A stretch of 63,921 nt of DNA, taken from Burkholderiales bacterium (GTDB taxonomy: Bacteria; Pseudomonadota; Gammaproteobacteria; Burkholderiales; SG8-41). A program made the translations under genes and the position numbers. The notes beneath the pieces were generated by a model. That model was given only the letters and a program-made list of their open reading frames with translations. It was not told the origin of the DNA and searched no databases. Location of the stretch: assembly GCA_050250695.1 (NCBI GenBank), contig JBFWOE010000004.1:1-63921 (forward strand). The letters are read 5' to 3'. Positions 8,763 through 18,363 of the stretch are shown piece after piece (the first letter of the stretch is position 1; every line of letters starts with the position of its first letter).

Positions 8763-10646
8763 ATGGATACTACCGATCCGCGTCTGAAGCAGTCCCGCGC
8801 AGCACTTACCCTCGCCGCCCTCGGCATCGTCTATGGCGACATCGGCACCAGCCCGCTTTATGCCGTCAAGGAAACCTTTGCCGTAGACCACGGCATCCCC
8901 CTGGAAACCGCGACCATCCTGGGCGGCATCTCGGCAATTCTCTGGGCGCTGATGCTGGTGGTGTCGCTGAAATACGTGGTGCTGATCATGCGCGCCCACA
9001 ACAAGGGCGAAGGCGGCATCATGGCCCTGCTGGCGCTGGCCGGCTCCGCCTGCAAAAACAATCCCCGCCAATACGCGGCGATCCTGTTCGCCGGCCTTGC
9101 CGGTGCGGCGCTGTTCTACGGCGACGCAGTGCTGACCCCGGCCATATCTGTGCTCTCGGCGGTCGAAGGCCTGGAAGTCGGCACCACCGCCCTCAAACCC
9201 TGGGTGCTGCCGATCGCCATCGGCGTGCTGATCGTGCTGTTTTCGTTCCAGCGTTACGGCACTGCGCGCGTCGGCGCCCTGTTCGGTCCCATCGTCATCC
9301 TGTGGTTTCTCGCGCTGGGTGCGGCCGGCATCCACGGCATACTGCAGGCCCCCCTCATCCTGCAGGCGCTGAACCCCGCGCACGGTTTCGCTTTCGTGAC
9401 CCAGCATGGCGCGGCCTCTTTCATCGTGCTCGGTGCTGTGCTGCTGGCATTCACAGGCGCCGAAGCGCTGTATGCCGACATGGGCCATTTCGGCAAGGAG
9501 GCCATCCGCATCGCCTGGTTCAGCCTGGTGTTCCCTGCACTGGCATTGAATTACCTGGGCCAGGGTGCACTGTTGATGGTGAACCCGCAGGCCGCAAGCA
9601 ATCCCTTTTACCTGCTGTATCCGCAGTGGGCTTTGTATCCGATGGTGGCGCTGGCCACTGCCGCCACCGTGATCGCCTCGCAGGCGACGATCTCCGGCGC
9701 CTATTCGCTGACCCGGCAGGCGATCCAGCTCGGTTACCTGCCGCGCATGAGCGTGCTGCAGACCTCGGCAAAGGAGATGGGCCAGATCTACATGCCGGCG
9801 GTGAACTGGATCCTGCTGGCCGTGGTGCTTTCCGCCGTCGCCGGTTTCGGCTCGTCAACTAGCCTCGCTTCGGCCTACGGCGTTGCGGTTACCGGCACGA
9901 TGCTGATCACCACTTTCCTGACGTTTTTCGTGATCCGCTATGTCTGGGGCTACAACCTCGCGCTGTGCCTCGCCGCCACCGGTTTTTTTATCGTCGTCGA
10001 TCTCGCGTTTTTCTCATCCAGCCTGCTCAAGATCAGCAGCGGCGGCTGGTTCCCGCTGACGCTGGGCGCAGTGATGTTCGTGCTGATGCTCACCTGGTGG
10101 CGAGGCCGGCGCATCCTCGCCGAGCGCCTGCTGACTTCCGCAATCCCGGTGCAGGAATTCCTGGCTTCATTGTTCAAATATCCGCCCCACCGGGTGCCGG
10201 GCACCGCCGTATTCATGGTCGCCAATCCGGATGCGGTACCGCACGCCCTGCTGCACAACCTCGCGCACAACAAGGTGCTGCATGAACGCGTGGTGTTGCT
10301 CACCGTCACTGTCGAAGATGCGCCGTGGGTGCCGTTTAATGAGCGCGTGACAGTGGAAACACTGGGCAACGGCTGCTGGCGCATCCGGACGCGTTTCGGC
10401 TTCAAAAACCGCATCGACGTGCCGCAGGCGCTGGCGCTGTGCCACGAACAAGGGCTGGATTTCGAGATCATGGAAACTTCGTTTTTCCTCAGCCGCGAAA
10501 CGCTGATTCCGGTGACCGGCAGCGGCATGGCGCTGTGGCGGGAGCGGCTGTTTGCAACCCTGGCGCGCAATGCCAGCAGCGTGGTCGACTACTTCAACCT
10601 GCCGACCAACCGGGTGATCGAACTCGGTACGCAGATCGAAATCTGA
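8763..10646 (+). CDS. kup: potassium uptake protein Kup (KUP/HAK/KT family)
   Basis: 627 aa. N-terminal signature LGIVYGDIGTSPLYA and 12-TM body plus cytoplasmic C-terminal domain. SD AAAGGAG lies 7 nt upstream of the ATG. Confidence 0.95.
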   Translation: MDTTDPRLKQSRAALTLAALGIVYGDIGTSPLYAVKETFAVDHGIPLETATILGGISAILWALMLVVSLKYVVLIMRAHNKGEGGIMALLALAGSACKNNPRQYAAILFAGLAGAALFYGDAVLTPAISVLSAVEGLEVGTTALKPWVLPIAIGVLIVLFSFQRYGTARVGALFGPIVILWFLALGAAGIHGILQAPLILQALNPAHGFAFVTQHGAASFIVLGAVLLAFTGAEALYADMGHFGKEAIRIAWFSLVFPALALNYLGQGALLMVNPQAASNPFYLLYPQWALYPMVALATAATVIASQATISGAYSLTRQAIQLGYLPRMSVLQTSAKEMGQIYMPAVNWILLAVVLSAVAGFGSSTSLASAYGVAVTGTMLITTFLTFFVIRYVWGYNLALCLAATGFFIVVDLAFFSSSLLKISSGGWFPLTLGAVMFVLMLTWWRGRRILAERLLTSAIPVQEFLASLFKYPPHRVPGTAVFMVANPDAVPHALLHNLAHNKVLHERVVLLTVTVEDAPWVPFNERVTVETLGNGCWRIRTRFGFKNRIDVPQALALCHEQGLDFEIMETSFFLSRETLIPVTGSGMALWRERLFATLARNASSVVDYFNLPTNRVIELGTQIEI

Positions 10647-10650
10647 AAGC

Positions 10651-11466
10651 TCAGCGCCTGACCCCGGGTGTTTCGACCGGCAAGCCCCGGGCGCGTTGCG
10701 CAAGATAGAACTCGAGGTCGAGGAGCTCCTCCGAACCGAACGCAGGCAAGCGGGCACGCACCCCGAAATAGCAGGAACGCAGGCGGCGGTGCAGCGACCC
10801 GGCAGACTGCCACTCCAGGCGATAAATCGGATAGGCGTTGCCATGGCCTTCACTGATCGTTTCCGACAGCAGCCTGCGCCCGACATTGCGTTCATGGCAG
10901 TGCATGCAGGCCAGGTTCATCTGGCCCTGCCTGCGATAGTAAATTTCCCTGCCGCGCCGGTAATGTTCGCGGTTACCGTCATCCACCCTGACTGCCAGAG
11001 GCAGCCCGCGTGACTGATGCGCAACATAGGCAGTCAACCCGAGCAGTTCATCAGATTCGTATGGATAGGCTTCCGCACCTTGCCGCATTTCGCGGCACTG
11101 GTTGATGCGCGCCTCGAGATTGAGCAGTTTCCCAGTGCCCTTGTCTTTCAGCGGGTAACGAACCGACACGCCCTTCATGCCGGATGCCGCATCCCGGTGA
11201 CAACTGGCACAGGATTTTCCGCTGCGTCCCTCAACGGCATTCCACAATTTTTCACCACGCGTCACCCACAGCATGCCGGGATTGGCGAAATCATCGGACT
11301 GCATGCGACGCACTTCTTCGCTGGAAAATTCGATACCGGACCTTACTGAAAGATCGCCCTGCATTTCAGCCGCAGCCACCACGCCGCCCCATAAGATCAT
11401 GATCAGCGCAGCAGCACATGTGCACCGACCAAAACCAAACCGGGTCCGCAAGAAAATATATGTCAT
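10651..11466 (-). CDS. soxA: dihaem c-type cytochrome SoxA
   Basis: 271 aa with a signal peptide. Two CxxCH motifs (CASCH, CMHCH) and the conserved cysteine in LRSCYFGVRA. ATGA overlap with the soxX stop. Confidence 0.88.
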   Translation of the reverse strand: MTYIFLRTRFGFGRCTCAAALIMILWGGVVAAAEMQGDLSVRSGIEFSSEEVRRMQSDDFANPGMLWVTRGEKLWNAVEGRSGKSCASCHRDAASGMKGVSVRYPLKDKGTGKLLNLEARINQCREMRQGAEAYPYESDELLGLTAYVAHQSRGLPLAVRVDDGNREHYRRGREIYYRRQGQMNLACMHCHERNVGRRLLSETISEGHGNAYPIYRLEWQSAGSLHRRLRSCYFGVRARLPAFGSEELLDLEFYLAQRARGLPVETPGVRR

Positions 11467-11963
11467 CGCAGGGTCTGCAGATAAGCAATGACATCTTCAA
11501 TTTGCTGGGCTGTCAGCGCGGGCCTCCCCTGCCAGGCTGCCGCCACCGATTCCAGCCCTTCGGTGCGGTAATACGGCGGCATTATGGTATTGACATTCAG
11601 GCGCTGCGAATCAACGATCCGCAAGCGCAGCTGGCCGGCATTCAGGCGCGCTCCAATTCCTGAAAGTTGAGGCCCGAGGTTCCCCATGAATCTTGTGCCC
11701 GTTTCGGGGACGGAATGACAAAGCAGGCAGTTCCCGTCCCGGCCCACAAACACCTCGCGGCCGCGCACCGCATCACCCGGATGACTGGAAAGCGGGGCAG
11801 AAATTTCATCGTTGCTGATCCGGTAGGGCACGATCCAGTCGGACGCCGCCACGCAAGCGACGAAGGCAAGCTGTAACGCTATGCACGCCGCACCGCGTAC
11901 CGCGACGCCTTTCAGAAAAACCATGTCCGCCAATCTGCGCCCTTGATCTGACTTAAGGCCCAT
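11463..11963 (-). CDS. soxX: monohaem c-type cytochrome SoxX
   Basis: 166 aa with a single CLLCH. C-terminal ...PALTAQQIEDVIAYLQTL is typical of SoxX. The ATG directly follows the soxZ stop (TGAATG). An internal Met at residue 14 is an alternative start. Confidence 0.85.
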   Translation of the reverse strand: MGLKSDQGRRLADMVFLKGVAVRGAACIALQLAFVACVAASDWIVPYRISNDEISAPLSSHPGDAVRGREVFVGRDGNCLLCHSVPETGTRFMGNLGPQLSGIGARLNAGQLRLRIVDSQRLNVNTIMPPYYRTEGLESVAAAWQGRPALTAQQIEDVIAYLQTLR

Positions 11964-12284
11964 TCACGACACAACTATTTTCGCGGTCTCAGTCAAGGAA
12001 AACCCATTATCGCCCGTCCAGCGAAACTCCAGAGTCCCGCTTTGGGCTGCCACGGTAAAAAACCAAAACAGCGGATTCGCGGTAATCGAGGGATGCAGTG
12101 TTGCACGGAAGATTTCCACGCCTTCGTAGCGGCAGACGAAGCTCGTGATGATGTTGCGAGGAATGCGTTCCCCCGTCTGCGTGTGGCGGAATCCGGTTTC
12201 CATCGGATGACGCACCAGCGCCTTGATCTCGATAACCTCGCCACGCCGGGCGGTCGCGGGTACGCTGATGATCGCATCGGCCAT
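11964..12284 (-). CDS. soxZ: sulfur carrier complex subunit SoxZ
   Basis: Start re-placed at ATG 12284 (MADAIISVPATARRGEVIEIKALVRHPMETG...), which overlaps the soxY-like stop by 1 nt (TGATG). 106 aa, typical SoxZ length and sequence. Confidence 0.85.
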   Translation of the reverse strand: MADAIISVPATARRGEVIEIKALVRHPMETGFRHTQTGERIPRNIITSFVCRYEGVEIFRATLHPSITANPLFWFFTVAAQSGTLEFRWTGDNGFSLTETAKIVVS

Positions 12285-12757
12285 CAGACGAGATCCCCGA
12301 TGCATGCCGACAGCGTCACCACGACGCTGACCGAGTCCGACCAGAAAGTGCCGTCGCTCATTTCGGCGACCGCATGCACGGTCTGCGAATCAGCCAGCCG
12401 CATTCTCGTGGTTACCCGCGCACGCCCTGCGCGCGGTCCGAGATAGGCGTTGATCACGTACGGCTGGGGGTTTTTCTCGGCGAATACGTGTATGGCTTTA
12501 ACGTAATCCGTTTCCGTCATCGGACTGTCGACGGTCACCGAAAACTCGACCGAGTTGCCGTTTTCCACCAGCGGCGGCAGTTGCAGCCTGACGCGCCCGT
12601 GGCGCGGGGCAGCGCCACCCGTGATCGTTTTCAACGCCGCCCGCATCGCTTCCGGCGTCGCCAGCGCGGGGATGGCCAGTGCCGCCGCGCCGGCGCCGCC
12701 GGCCGTGCGGCCGGCGGTCTTCAGGAAATCGCGGCGGTGCGGGTCAAACGAGCTCAA
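12284..12757 (-). CDS. SoxY-related sulfur carrier protein with variant C-terminal cysteine arm
   Basis: 157 aa with twin-arginine signal HRRDFLK and a SoxY-like body (LPPLVENGNSVEFSV, KAIHVFAEKNP). The C-terminus is ...VVVTLSACIGDLV rather than GGCGG. The only in-frame start is TTG at 12757, 14 nt inside the upstream molybdoenzyme gene. Confidence 0.8.
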   Translation of the reverse strand: MSSFDPHRRDFLKTAGRTAGGAGAAALAIPALATPEAMRAALKTITGGAAPRHGRVRLQLPPLVENGNSVEFSVTVDSPMTETDYVKAIHVFAEKNPQPYVINAYLGPRAGRARVTTRMRLADSQTVHAVAEMSDGTFWSDSVSVVVTLSACIGDLV

Positions 12758-14936
12758 TGCCGTGGTTCTTCAGCGGCACCGACCGCATGCGCTTCCCGGT
12801 CGCCTTGAAATAGGCATTGAGCACGGCCGGCGCCGCCACGCAGATGGTCGGTTCGCCGATGCCGCCCCAAACCTTCCCTCCGGTCGGCATGATGATGCAT
12901 TCGACCTTGGGCATCTGCGCGATGCGCATCGAATCATAAGTATGGAAATTGTCCTGCTCGATGCGGCCATCCTTGACCGTGCACTCCTGCATGAACAGCG
13001 CGGACAGGCCGTAGACGAACGAACCGGAGATTTGGCGTTCGATCTGCGCCGGATTGACCGCGTAACCCGGGTCGGTCGCTGCCACGATGCGATGCACCTT
13101 GACCTTGTTGCCGGTGCTGTCCACAGAAATCTCGCAAGCGGCAGCGACAAAGCTGTCGAATGCCTTCATCTGCGCCAGACCGCGGAAACGCCCCTTGGGC
13201 GCGGGTTTCGTCCAGCCGATGCGCTCGGCAACGGCATTCAGCACGCCGAGATTGCGCGGATGACTGGACATGAATTTGCGACGGAACTCCAGAGGATCCT
13301 GTCCCGCGGCATGCGCGAGTTCGTCCATGAAACATTCGATGAATACGGCGTTCTGGTTGATGTTGACGCCGCGCCAGAATCCGGGCGGCACATGCGGGTT
13401 GCGCATGGCGTGATCGATCAGCAGGTTCGGGAAAGTGTAACCGATCGAATGCTCGCCGCTCTCGGCCACGCCCTGGAAGGTCAACGGATCCTTGCCGCCG
13501 GCTTTTTCGACGATGGCAGGACGCACCGAAGCCAGTATCGACTGCCCGGACAGGCGCATGTGCAAACCGGTGAGGTTGTTGGCGGAATCGAAGCTGCCGG
13601 TGAGCTTGCACTGCATGACCGGGTGGTAGCGGCCCTGGCGCATGTCCTCCTCGCGCGTCCACAGCAGCTTCACCGGCGTTCCCGGCATCTGCTTCGCGAT
13701 CAGCACCGCCTGCTTCACATAATCCTGAAAGGCGCCGCGCCGGCCGAAACCGCCGCCGAGATCGATCTTGTAGACCTCGCACTTGTCCGCGGTCAGGCCA
13801 GAAGCCGCCAGCACTGCTGCAAACGACGCCTCTCCGTCCTGCGTCGGCACCCACACCTCGCACCTGTCCGGGGTGTAGCGAGCAGTCGCATTCATCGGCT
13901 CCATCGGCGCATGGTTCTGGTACGGATAGGAATAGACCGCGTCGATTTTCTTGGCCGCACCGCCCAGCGCTGCCTGGATGTCGCCCGCCTTGTTGCCGAC
14001 GAAAGCCTGCGGCGCGTCCAGTCCTGCCTTGAGCGTCTCAGCGATCGATGCGCTCGATACCTTGGCGTTGCTGCCGAAATCCCAGTCGATGGGCAGCGCA
14101 TCGAGCGCCTTCTTTGCATGCCACCAGGTGTCCGCAACGACGGCAACCGCGGTATCGCCGACGCGCAGCACCTGCTTCACGCCTTTCATGCCGGATACTT
14201 TGGCGGCATCGAAACCCTTCAGTTTCCCGCCGAATACCGGGCACTCCATGATGGTCGCGTTGACCATTCCAGGCAGCTTCAGGTCGGCGCCGTAGACCTG
14301 ACGGCCGGTCACCTTGTCGACCGTGCCGAACCGTTTCATCGGCTTGCCGGCGACCTTCCATGTCTTGGGGTCCTTGAGCCTGATGGCTTTCACGTCGGGC
14401 GGCGACAGTTTCGCCGCGGCCGCAGCCACCTTGCCGTAGGTCACCTTGCGGCCGCTGGCTCCATGCGTGATGACGCCCTTGCTGACCGAAAGCTGGCCGA
14501 CCGGCACTTGCCATTGATCGGCGGCTGCCTGCATCAGCATCATGCGTGCGGCAGCGCCGCCGCGTCGCACATAGTCGTGCGAAGTACGGATGCCGCGACT
14601 GCCGCCGGTCGAGAAACTCTGCCAGACGCGATTGCGTTTCAGGTTCTCGCCCGGCGTCGGATATTCTGTACTGACTTTCGACCAGTCGCATTCCAGTTCT
14701 TCGACGACCAGCTGCGCGAGGCCGGTGATCGTGCCCTGGCCCATCTCCGAGCGCGCAACGCGGATCACGACAGAATCATCGGGTTTGATCACCACCCAGG
14801 CATTGATTTCAGGTGCAGTCCCTGCGGCCTGCGCGGCCGCCGCGCTGAACGGCAACTGCAGCCCGAGTGCGAGACCGCCACCCGCGGCGGCACTGCTGAC
14901 CAGGAACGAACGGCGATTCAGATTGATCTTTTCCAT
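12744..14936 (-). CDS. xanthine dehydrogenase/aldehyde oxidase family molybdopterin-binding subunit (IorB-like, Tat-exported)
   Basis: Start re-placed at ATG 14936 (MEKINLNRRSFLVSSAAAGGGLAL..., Tat signal), with SD GGAGA 8-12 nt upstream. 730 aa and IorB-like throughout (SEMGQGT, PYQNHAPMEP, GGGFGRR, GGIGEP). Confidence 0.88.
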   Translation of the reverse strand: MEKINLNRRSFLVSSAAAGGGLALGLQLPFSAAAAQAAGTAPEINAWVVIKPDDSVVIRVARSEMGQGTITGLAQLVVEELECDWSKVSTEYPTPGENLKRNRVWQSFSTGGSRGIRTSHDYVRRGGAAARMMLMQAAADQWQVPVGQLSVSKGVITHGASGRKVTYGKVAAAAAKLSPPDVKAIRLKDPKTWKVAGKPMKRFGTVDKVTGRQVYGADLKLPGMVNATIMECPVFGGKLKGFDAAKVSGMKGVKQVLRVGDTAVAVVADTWWHAKKALDALPIDWDFGSNAKVSSASIAETLKAGLDAPQAFVGNKAGDIQAALGGAAKKIDAVYSYPYQNHAPMEPMNATARYTPDRCEVWVPTQDGEASFAAVLAASGLTADKCEVYKIDLGGGFGRRGAFQDYVKQAVLIAKQMPGTPVKLLWTREEDMRQGRYHPVMQCKLTGSFDSANNLTGLHMRLSGQSILASVRPAIVEKAGGKDPLTFQGVAESGEHSIGYTFPNLLIDHAMRNPHVPPGFWRGVNINQNAVFIECFMDELAHAAGQDPLEFRRKFMSSHPRNLGVLNAVAERIGWTKPAPKGRFRGLAQMKAFDSFVAAACEISVDSTGNKVKVHRIVAATDPGYAVNPAQIERQISGSFVYGLSALFMQECTVKDGRIEQDNFHTYDSMRIAQMPKVECIIMPTGGKVWGGIGEPTICVAAPAVLNAYFKATGKRMRSVPLKNHGIELV

Positions 14937-14947
14937 GTCGCTGTCTC

Positions 14948-15397
<450 letters not shown>

Positions 15398-15525
15398 GTC
15401 CAATCCTCACGTTGAAAAAGCAACAACCGATGCCGCACGCTGATGCGGCGCTCCTGATCCCCTCGATGCCTGTCATGAATGCCGCGGTCGGACGCCGCGG
15501 TCAGGTTCCCGTCTGTCCAAACGGG

Positions 15526-15558
15526 AAAACGCCCGGGCAGATTAAGCTGACGCCCGGG
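15526..15558 (-). terminator. candidate intrinsic terminator downstream of mtgA
   Basis: On the minus strand a 7-bp GC stem (GCCCGGG/CCCGGGC) with a 13-nt loop is followed by CGUUUUCCCGUUU. It lies about 90 nt after the mtgA stop. Confidence 0.3.
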
Positions 15559-15644
15559 GCCGGTCAACCACGTCCTGTCACGCCCTGACGGCATTCCCGC
15601 ACCGTGAATTCGCGACATCCGGTTTATCGTTATTAATTCGGCAG

Positions 15645-16385
15645 TTATCGAGGTATCGCCGCACTGTTCATGCGCGCAAGAATAGTCTGGGTGCGCTGCT
15701 GCAGGTAAGCCGTATTGCTCCCCGGTCCGTAGCGGCGCGGGCTGGGCACGATGGCTGCCAGCCGTGCCGCCTGCCCGGCGTCCAGCGCCGCCGCGCTGAT
15801 GCCGTAATGATGGCGCGCCGCCGCCTCCGCGCCATAGACGCCTTCGCCCCATTCGATGACATTCAGGTAGATTTCGAGGATGCGCCGTTTGCTCATGATG
15901 GTTTCGAGCATCACGGTGACCGCCGCTTCCTGGGCCTTGCGCCACCACGCGCGCTCGCCGGTAAAAAACAGGTTCTTGGCCAGCTGCTGGGTGATGGTCG
16001 AACCTCCGGCGACGATTTCACCTTCGCGCAGGTTTCGCTCCAGCGCATGGCGGATGCCGTCCCAGTCGAATCCCCGGTGAGTGGCAAACTTGGCATCCTC
16101 CGAGGCCACCACCGCGCGTTTCAGGTGCGCGGAGATACGCTGGTACGGCACCCACTGCCGGCGCAGTTTTGCCCGCGGATTGTCCTCGCGCAGGATTTCC
16201 AGGCGCGCCCGCATGAAGGCCGTGGTCTCGGGATTGTGGTCCACCCAGTACCAGACGTGCACCAGGAACCAGAACTGCACCGCCGCCAGCGCGATCAGCG
16301 CCAGCAGCAGTGAGCGCCAGGTCCAGCGCAGCAGCAGCCGCAACAGGGTTGGTCGCGCGGCGGTTCCGGCCTTGGCCCGTGCCAT
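15645..16385 (-). CDS. mtgA: monofunctional biosynthetic peptidoglycan transglycosylase
   Basis: 246 aa with an N-terminal TM helix. GT51 motifs VASEDAKFATHRGFDW and GGSTITQQLAKN. Confidence 0.93.
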   Translation of the reverse strand: MARAKAGTAARPTLLRLLLRWTWRSLLLALIALAAVQFWFLVHVWYWVDHNPETTAFMRARLEILREDNPRAKLRRQWVPYQRISAHLKRAVVASEDAKFATHRGFDWDGIRHALERNLREGEIVAGGSTITQQLAKNLFFTGERAWWRKAQEAAVTVMLETIMSKRRILEIYLNVIEWGEGVYGAEAAARHHYGISAAALDAGQAARLAAIVPSPRRYGPGSNTAYLQQRTQTILARMNSAAIPR

Positions 16386-16414
16386 GATCAGTACGGCGGT
16401 TCAGCCGGGAGGAA

Positions 16415-17239
16415 TCAACGGCGACCGCGCAGCAGCGCGATCACAGGCACCGTTTCCGGACGCACACCACGCCAGATGAAAAAGGACTCCGCTGCCTGCT
16501 CGACCAGCATGCCGAGGCCGTCCACGGCGTGCGCGCCGGCTTTGCGCGCAAACTCCATGAAGGGCGTGTCGCGGCCGTAGACCATGTCGTAGGCCAGTGC
16601 ATCTGGAGCGAAAATACCCGGGGGCAGTGGCGGCATTTCACCGCTGAGGCCGGCGGAAGTTGCATTGATCACAATATCAAACTGCTCACCGGCGAGTCTG
16701 CTGTACGGTTTGGCTTCCAAGCCGGTAGCTGTTACGCCCTGATGGTTCTCGACCGTCTTCACCAGTCTTTGTGCTTTCTCAAGGGTCCGGTAGGCAAGCG
16801 TCAACGTTCGGTTTTCGCGTAATAACGGGAACATTACGCCATATGCAGCACCACCCGTGCCCAGCAGCAACACCCGTTTGCCGGCAATTTCGATCCCGAT
16901 ATTTTTCTTGAGATCGTTTACCAAACCTGTGCCGTCGGTGTTGTAACCGATGAGTTTTCCGGACTCGGTTTTAATGGTATTCACTGCTTCCGCATCCAGC
17001 GCATCACCGGCATGGGTATTGACCATGTCCCATGCTTCACGCTTGAACGGCACCGTGACGTTCAGTCCCTTCCCGCCTTCGCTGAAAAATCGCCTGGCCG
17101 TGGCTTCAAACGCATTGAGCGGAGCCAGCAGTCTTTCATATGAAATATCCTGCCCGGTCTGCCGCGCAAATTCCGCATGGATCTGCGGCGATTTGCTGTG
17201 TTCGACCGGATTGCCGATGACTGCGTAACGGTCGGTCAT
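16415..17239 (-). CDS. aroE: shikimate dehydrogenase
   Basis: 274 aa. VIGNPVEHSKSPQIH, NVTVPFK, NTDG and LLGTGGAA motifs. Confidence 0.93.
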   Translation of the reverse strand: MTDRYAVIGNPVEHSKSPQIHAEFARQTGQDISYERLLAPLNAFEATARRFFSEGGKGLNVTVPFKREAWDMVNTHAGDALDAEAVNTIKTESGKLIGYNTDGTGLVNDLKKNIGIEIAGKRVLLLGTGGAAYGVMFPLLRENRTLTLAYRTLEKAQRLVKTVENHQGVTATGLEAKPYSRLAGEQFDIVINATSAGLSGEMPPLPPGIFAPDALAYDMVYGRDTPFMEFARKAGAHAVDGLGMLVEQAAESFFIWRGVRPETVPVIALLRGRR

Positions 17240-17242
17240 GGG

Positions 17243-18256
17243 TCACTGGCTGACGAACTGGTCCGCCCGCGTGAACGTCCAGGTCCGGGTGATGTGCAGG
17301 ATATCGGTGTCGCGGGCGATGTTGGCCGGAAATGCCGAGTAGGGTGCGGCCAGGGTCACGATGCGTATCGTCGCCTCGTCGAGCAGCTTGTGTCCGGAGG
17401 AGCGGTCGATCTGGATTTTTTCCAGGGTGCCGTTGGCCTTGATCGACACCGTCGCCACCAGGCTGCCGTAGATGCGCTGGTCGCGCGCCGCCTGCGGATA
17501 ATTCAGTTCGCCGATGCGTTCGATTTTCTGCCGCCAGTCCTCGACATAGCGGGCAAAACGGTATTCCTGCGCGCGCGCACCGATGAACTTGCGGCGCGGA
17601 CGTTCCTGGTAACTGTTCCAGTCCTTGCTGATCTGGGCCTCGAGCCGCGCAATCGCCAGGCTGCGCTGCAGCAGTTCGGTGCTGTCCGCCACCGGCGCCG
17701 GTTCGGACGGCACCTGGGTCTCGGGTTTCGCCGGCGCGCTGCGCACCTCCGGTTTGTCCTTGCGCGCCAGCAGCCGCTTCGCCTCCTGCTCGAGTTCGGC
17801 CACCCGTTTCTGCGCCAGTTGCAGCTCGGTGGTCTGGGTATCCCGGGTGATCGCCGGCAACGGGCTTTTGGCGCGCTGTTTGGCGTCGGTATTGCCGCCG
17901 CCGTCGAGGTTGTGCTGCGCCAGGGCGTCGGCCTTGCGCGGCTTGGCCTGCGACTTGGTGTTGACCAACACCACTTCCAGCGGGGGGGCCGTGTTCTGCA
18001 ACCCGCGCAGGTCGGGCATGGTGAAAGTCAGGCCGAAGATCACGAAGGCATGCACCAGCAGCGACAGCACGCCGGCGGCGCCGAAACGAGCGCGTATCGT
18101 CATCTGCGCGTAACGCCGGTCGAAATCAGCGATGCGCCGCTCCAGTTCGGCGACGCGTATATCCAGCCGGTCCACCGCGCCAGCCCACGATCCGCGGCGC
18201 GGATGTTTCGCGCGGCGCGGCAGGGTCACGACGTTGGCGACAGGCTTGGACTTCAT
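17243..18256 (-). CDS. TonB C-terminal-domain protein (energy transducer TonB family)
   Basis: 337 aa with an N-terminal TM helix and a charged/coiled central region. C-terminal YPQAARDQRIYGSLVATVSIKANGTLEKIQIDRSSGHKLLDEA is typical of the TonB_C fold. Confidence 0.7.
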   Translation of the reverse strand: MKSKPVANVVTLPRRAKHPRRGSWAGAVDRLDIRVAELERRIADFDRRYAQMTIRARFGAAGVLSLLVHAFVIFGLTFTMPDLRGLQNTAPPLEVVLVNTKSQAKPRKADALAQHNLDGGGNTDAKQRAKSPLPAITRDTQTTELQLAQKRVAELEQEAKRLLARKDKPEVRSAPAKPETQVPSEPAPVADSTELLQRSLAIARLEAQISKDWNSYQERPRRKFIGARAQEYRFARYVEDWRQKIERIGELNYPQAARDQRIYGSLVATVSIKANGTLEKIQIDRSSGHKLLDEATIRIVTLAAPYSAFPANIARDTDILHITRTWTFTRADQFVSQ

Positions 18257-18363
18257 GGGCTTATTCTAGACAAGCCTCCGGAAATAGCAATAAAAACATT
18301 ATTTATCATGTAATTATGATCGTTGCTTAAAGCAGACTCTAGGTTGAATCCGGTTGTCAGCGA

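Noticed and set aside
15404-15525. Moco riboswitch upstream of the molybdoenzyme genes.
   Set aside because: Hairpins are present, but I cannot match them to the Moco RNA motif consensus from memory. This is left as a cmsearch suggestion, not a call.
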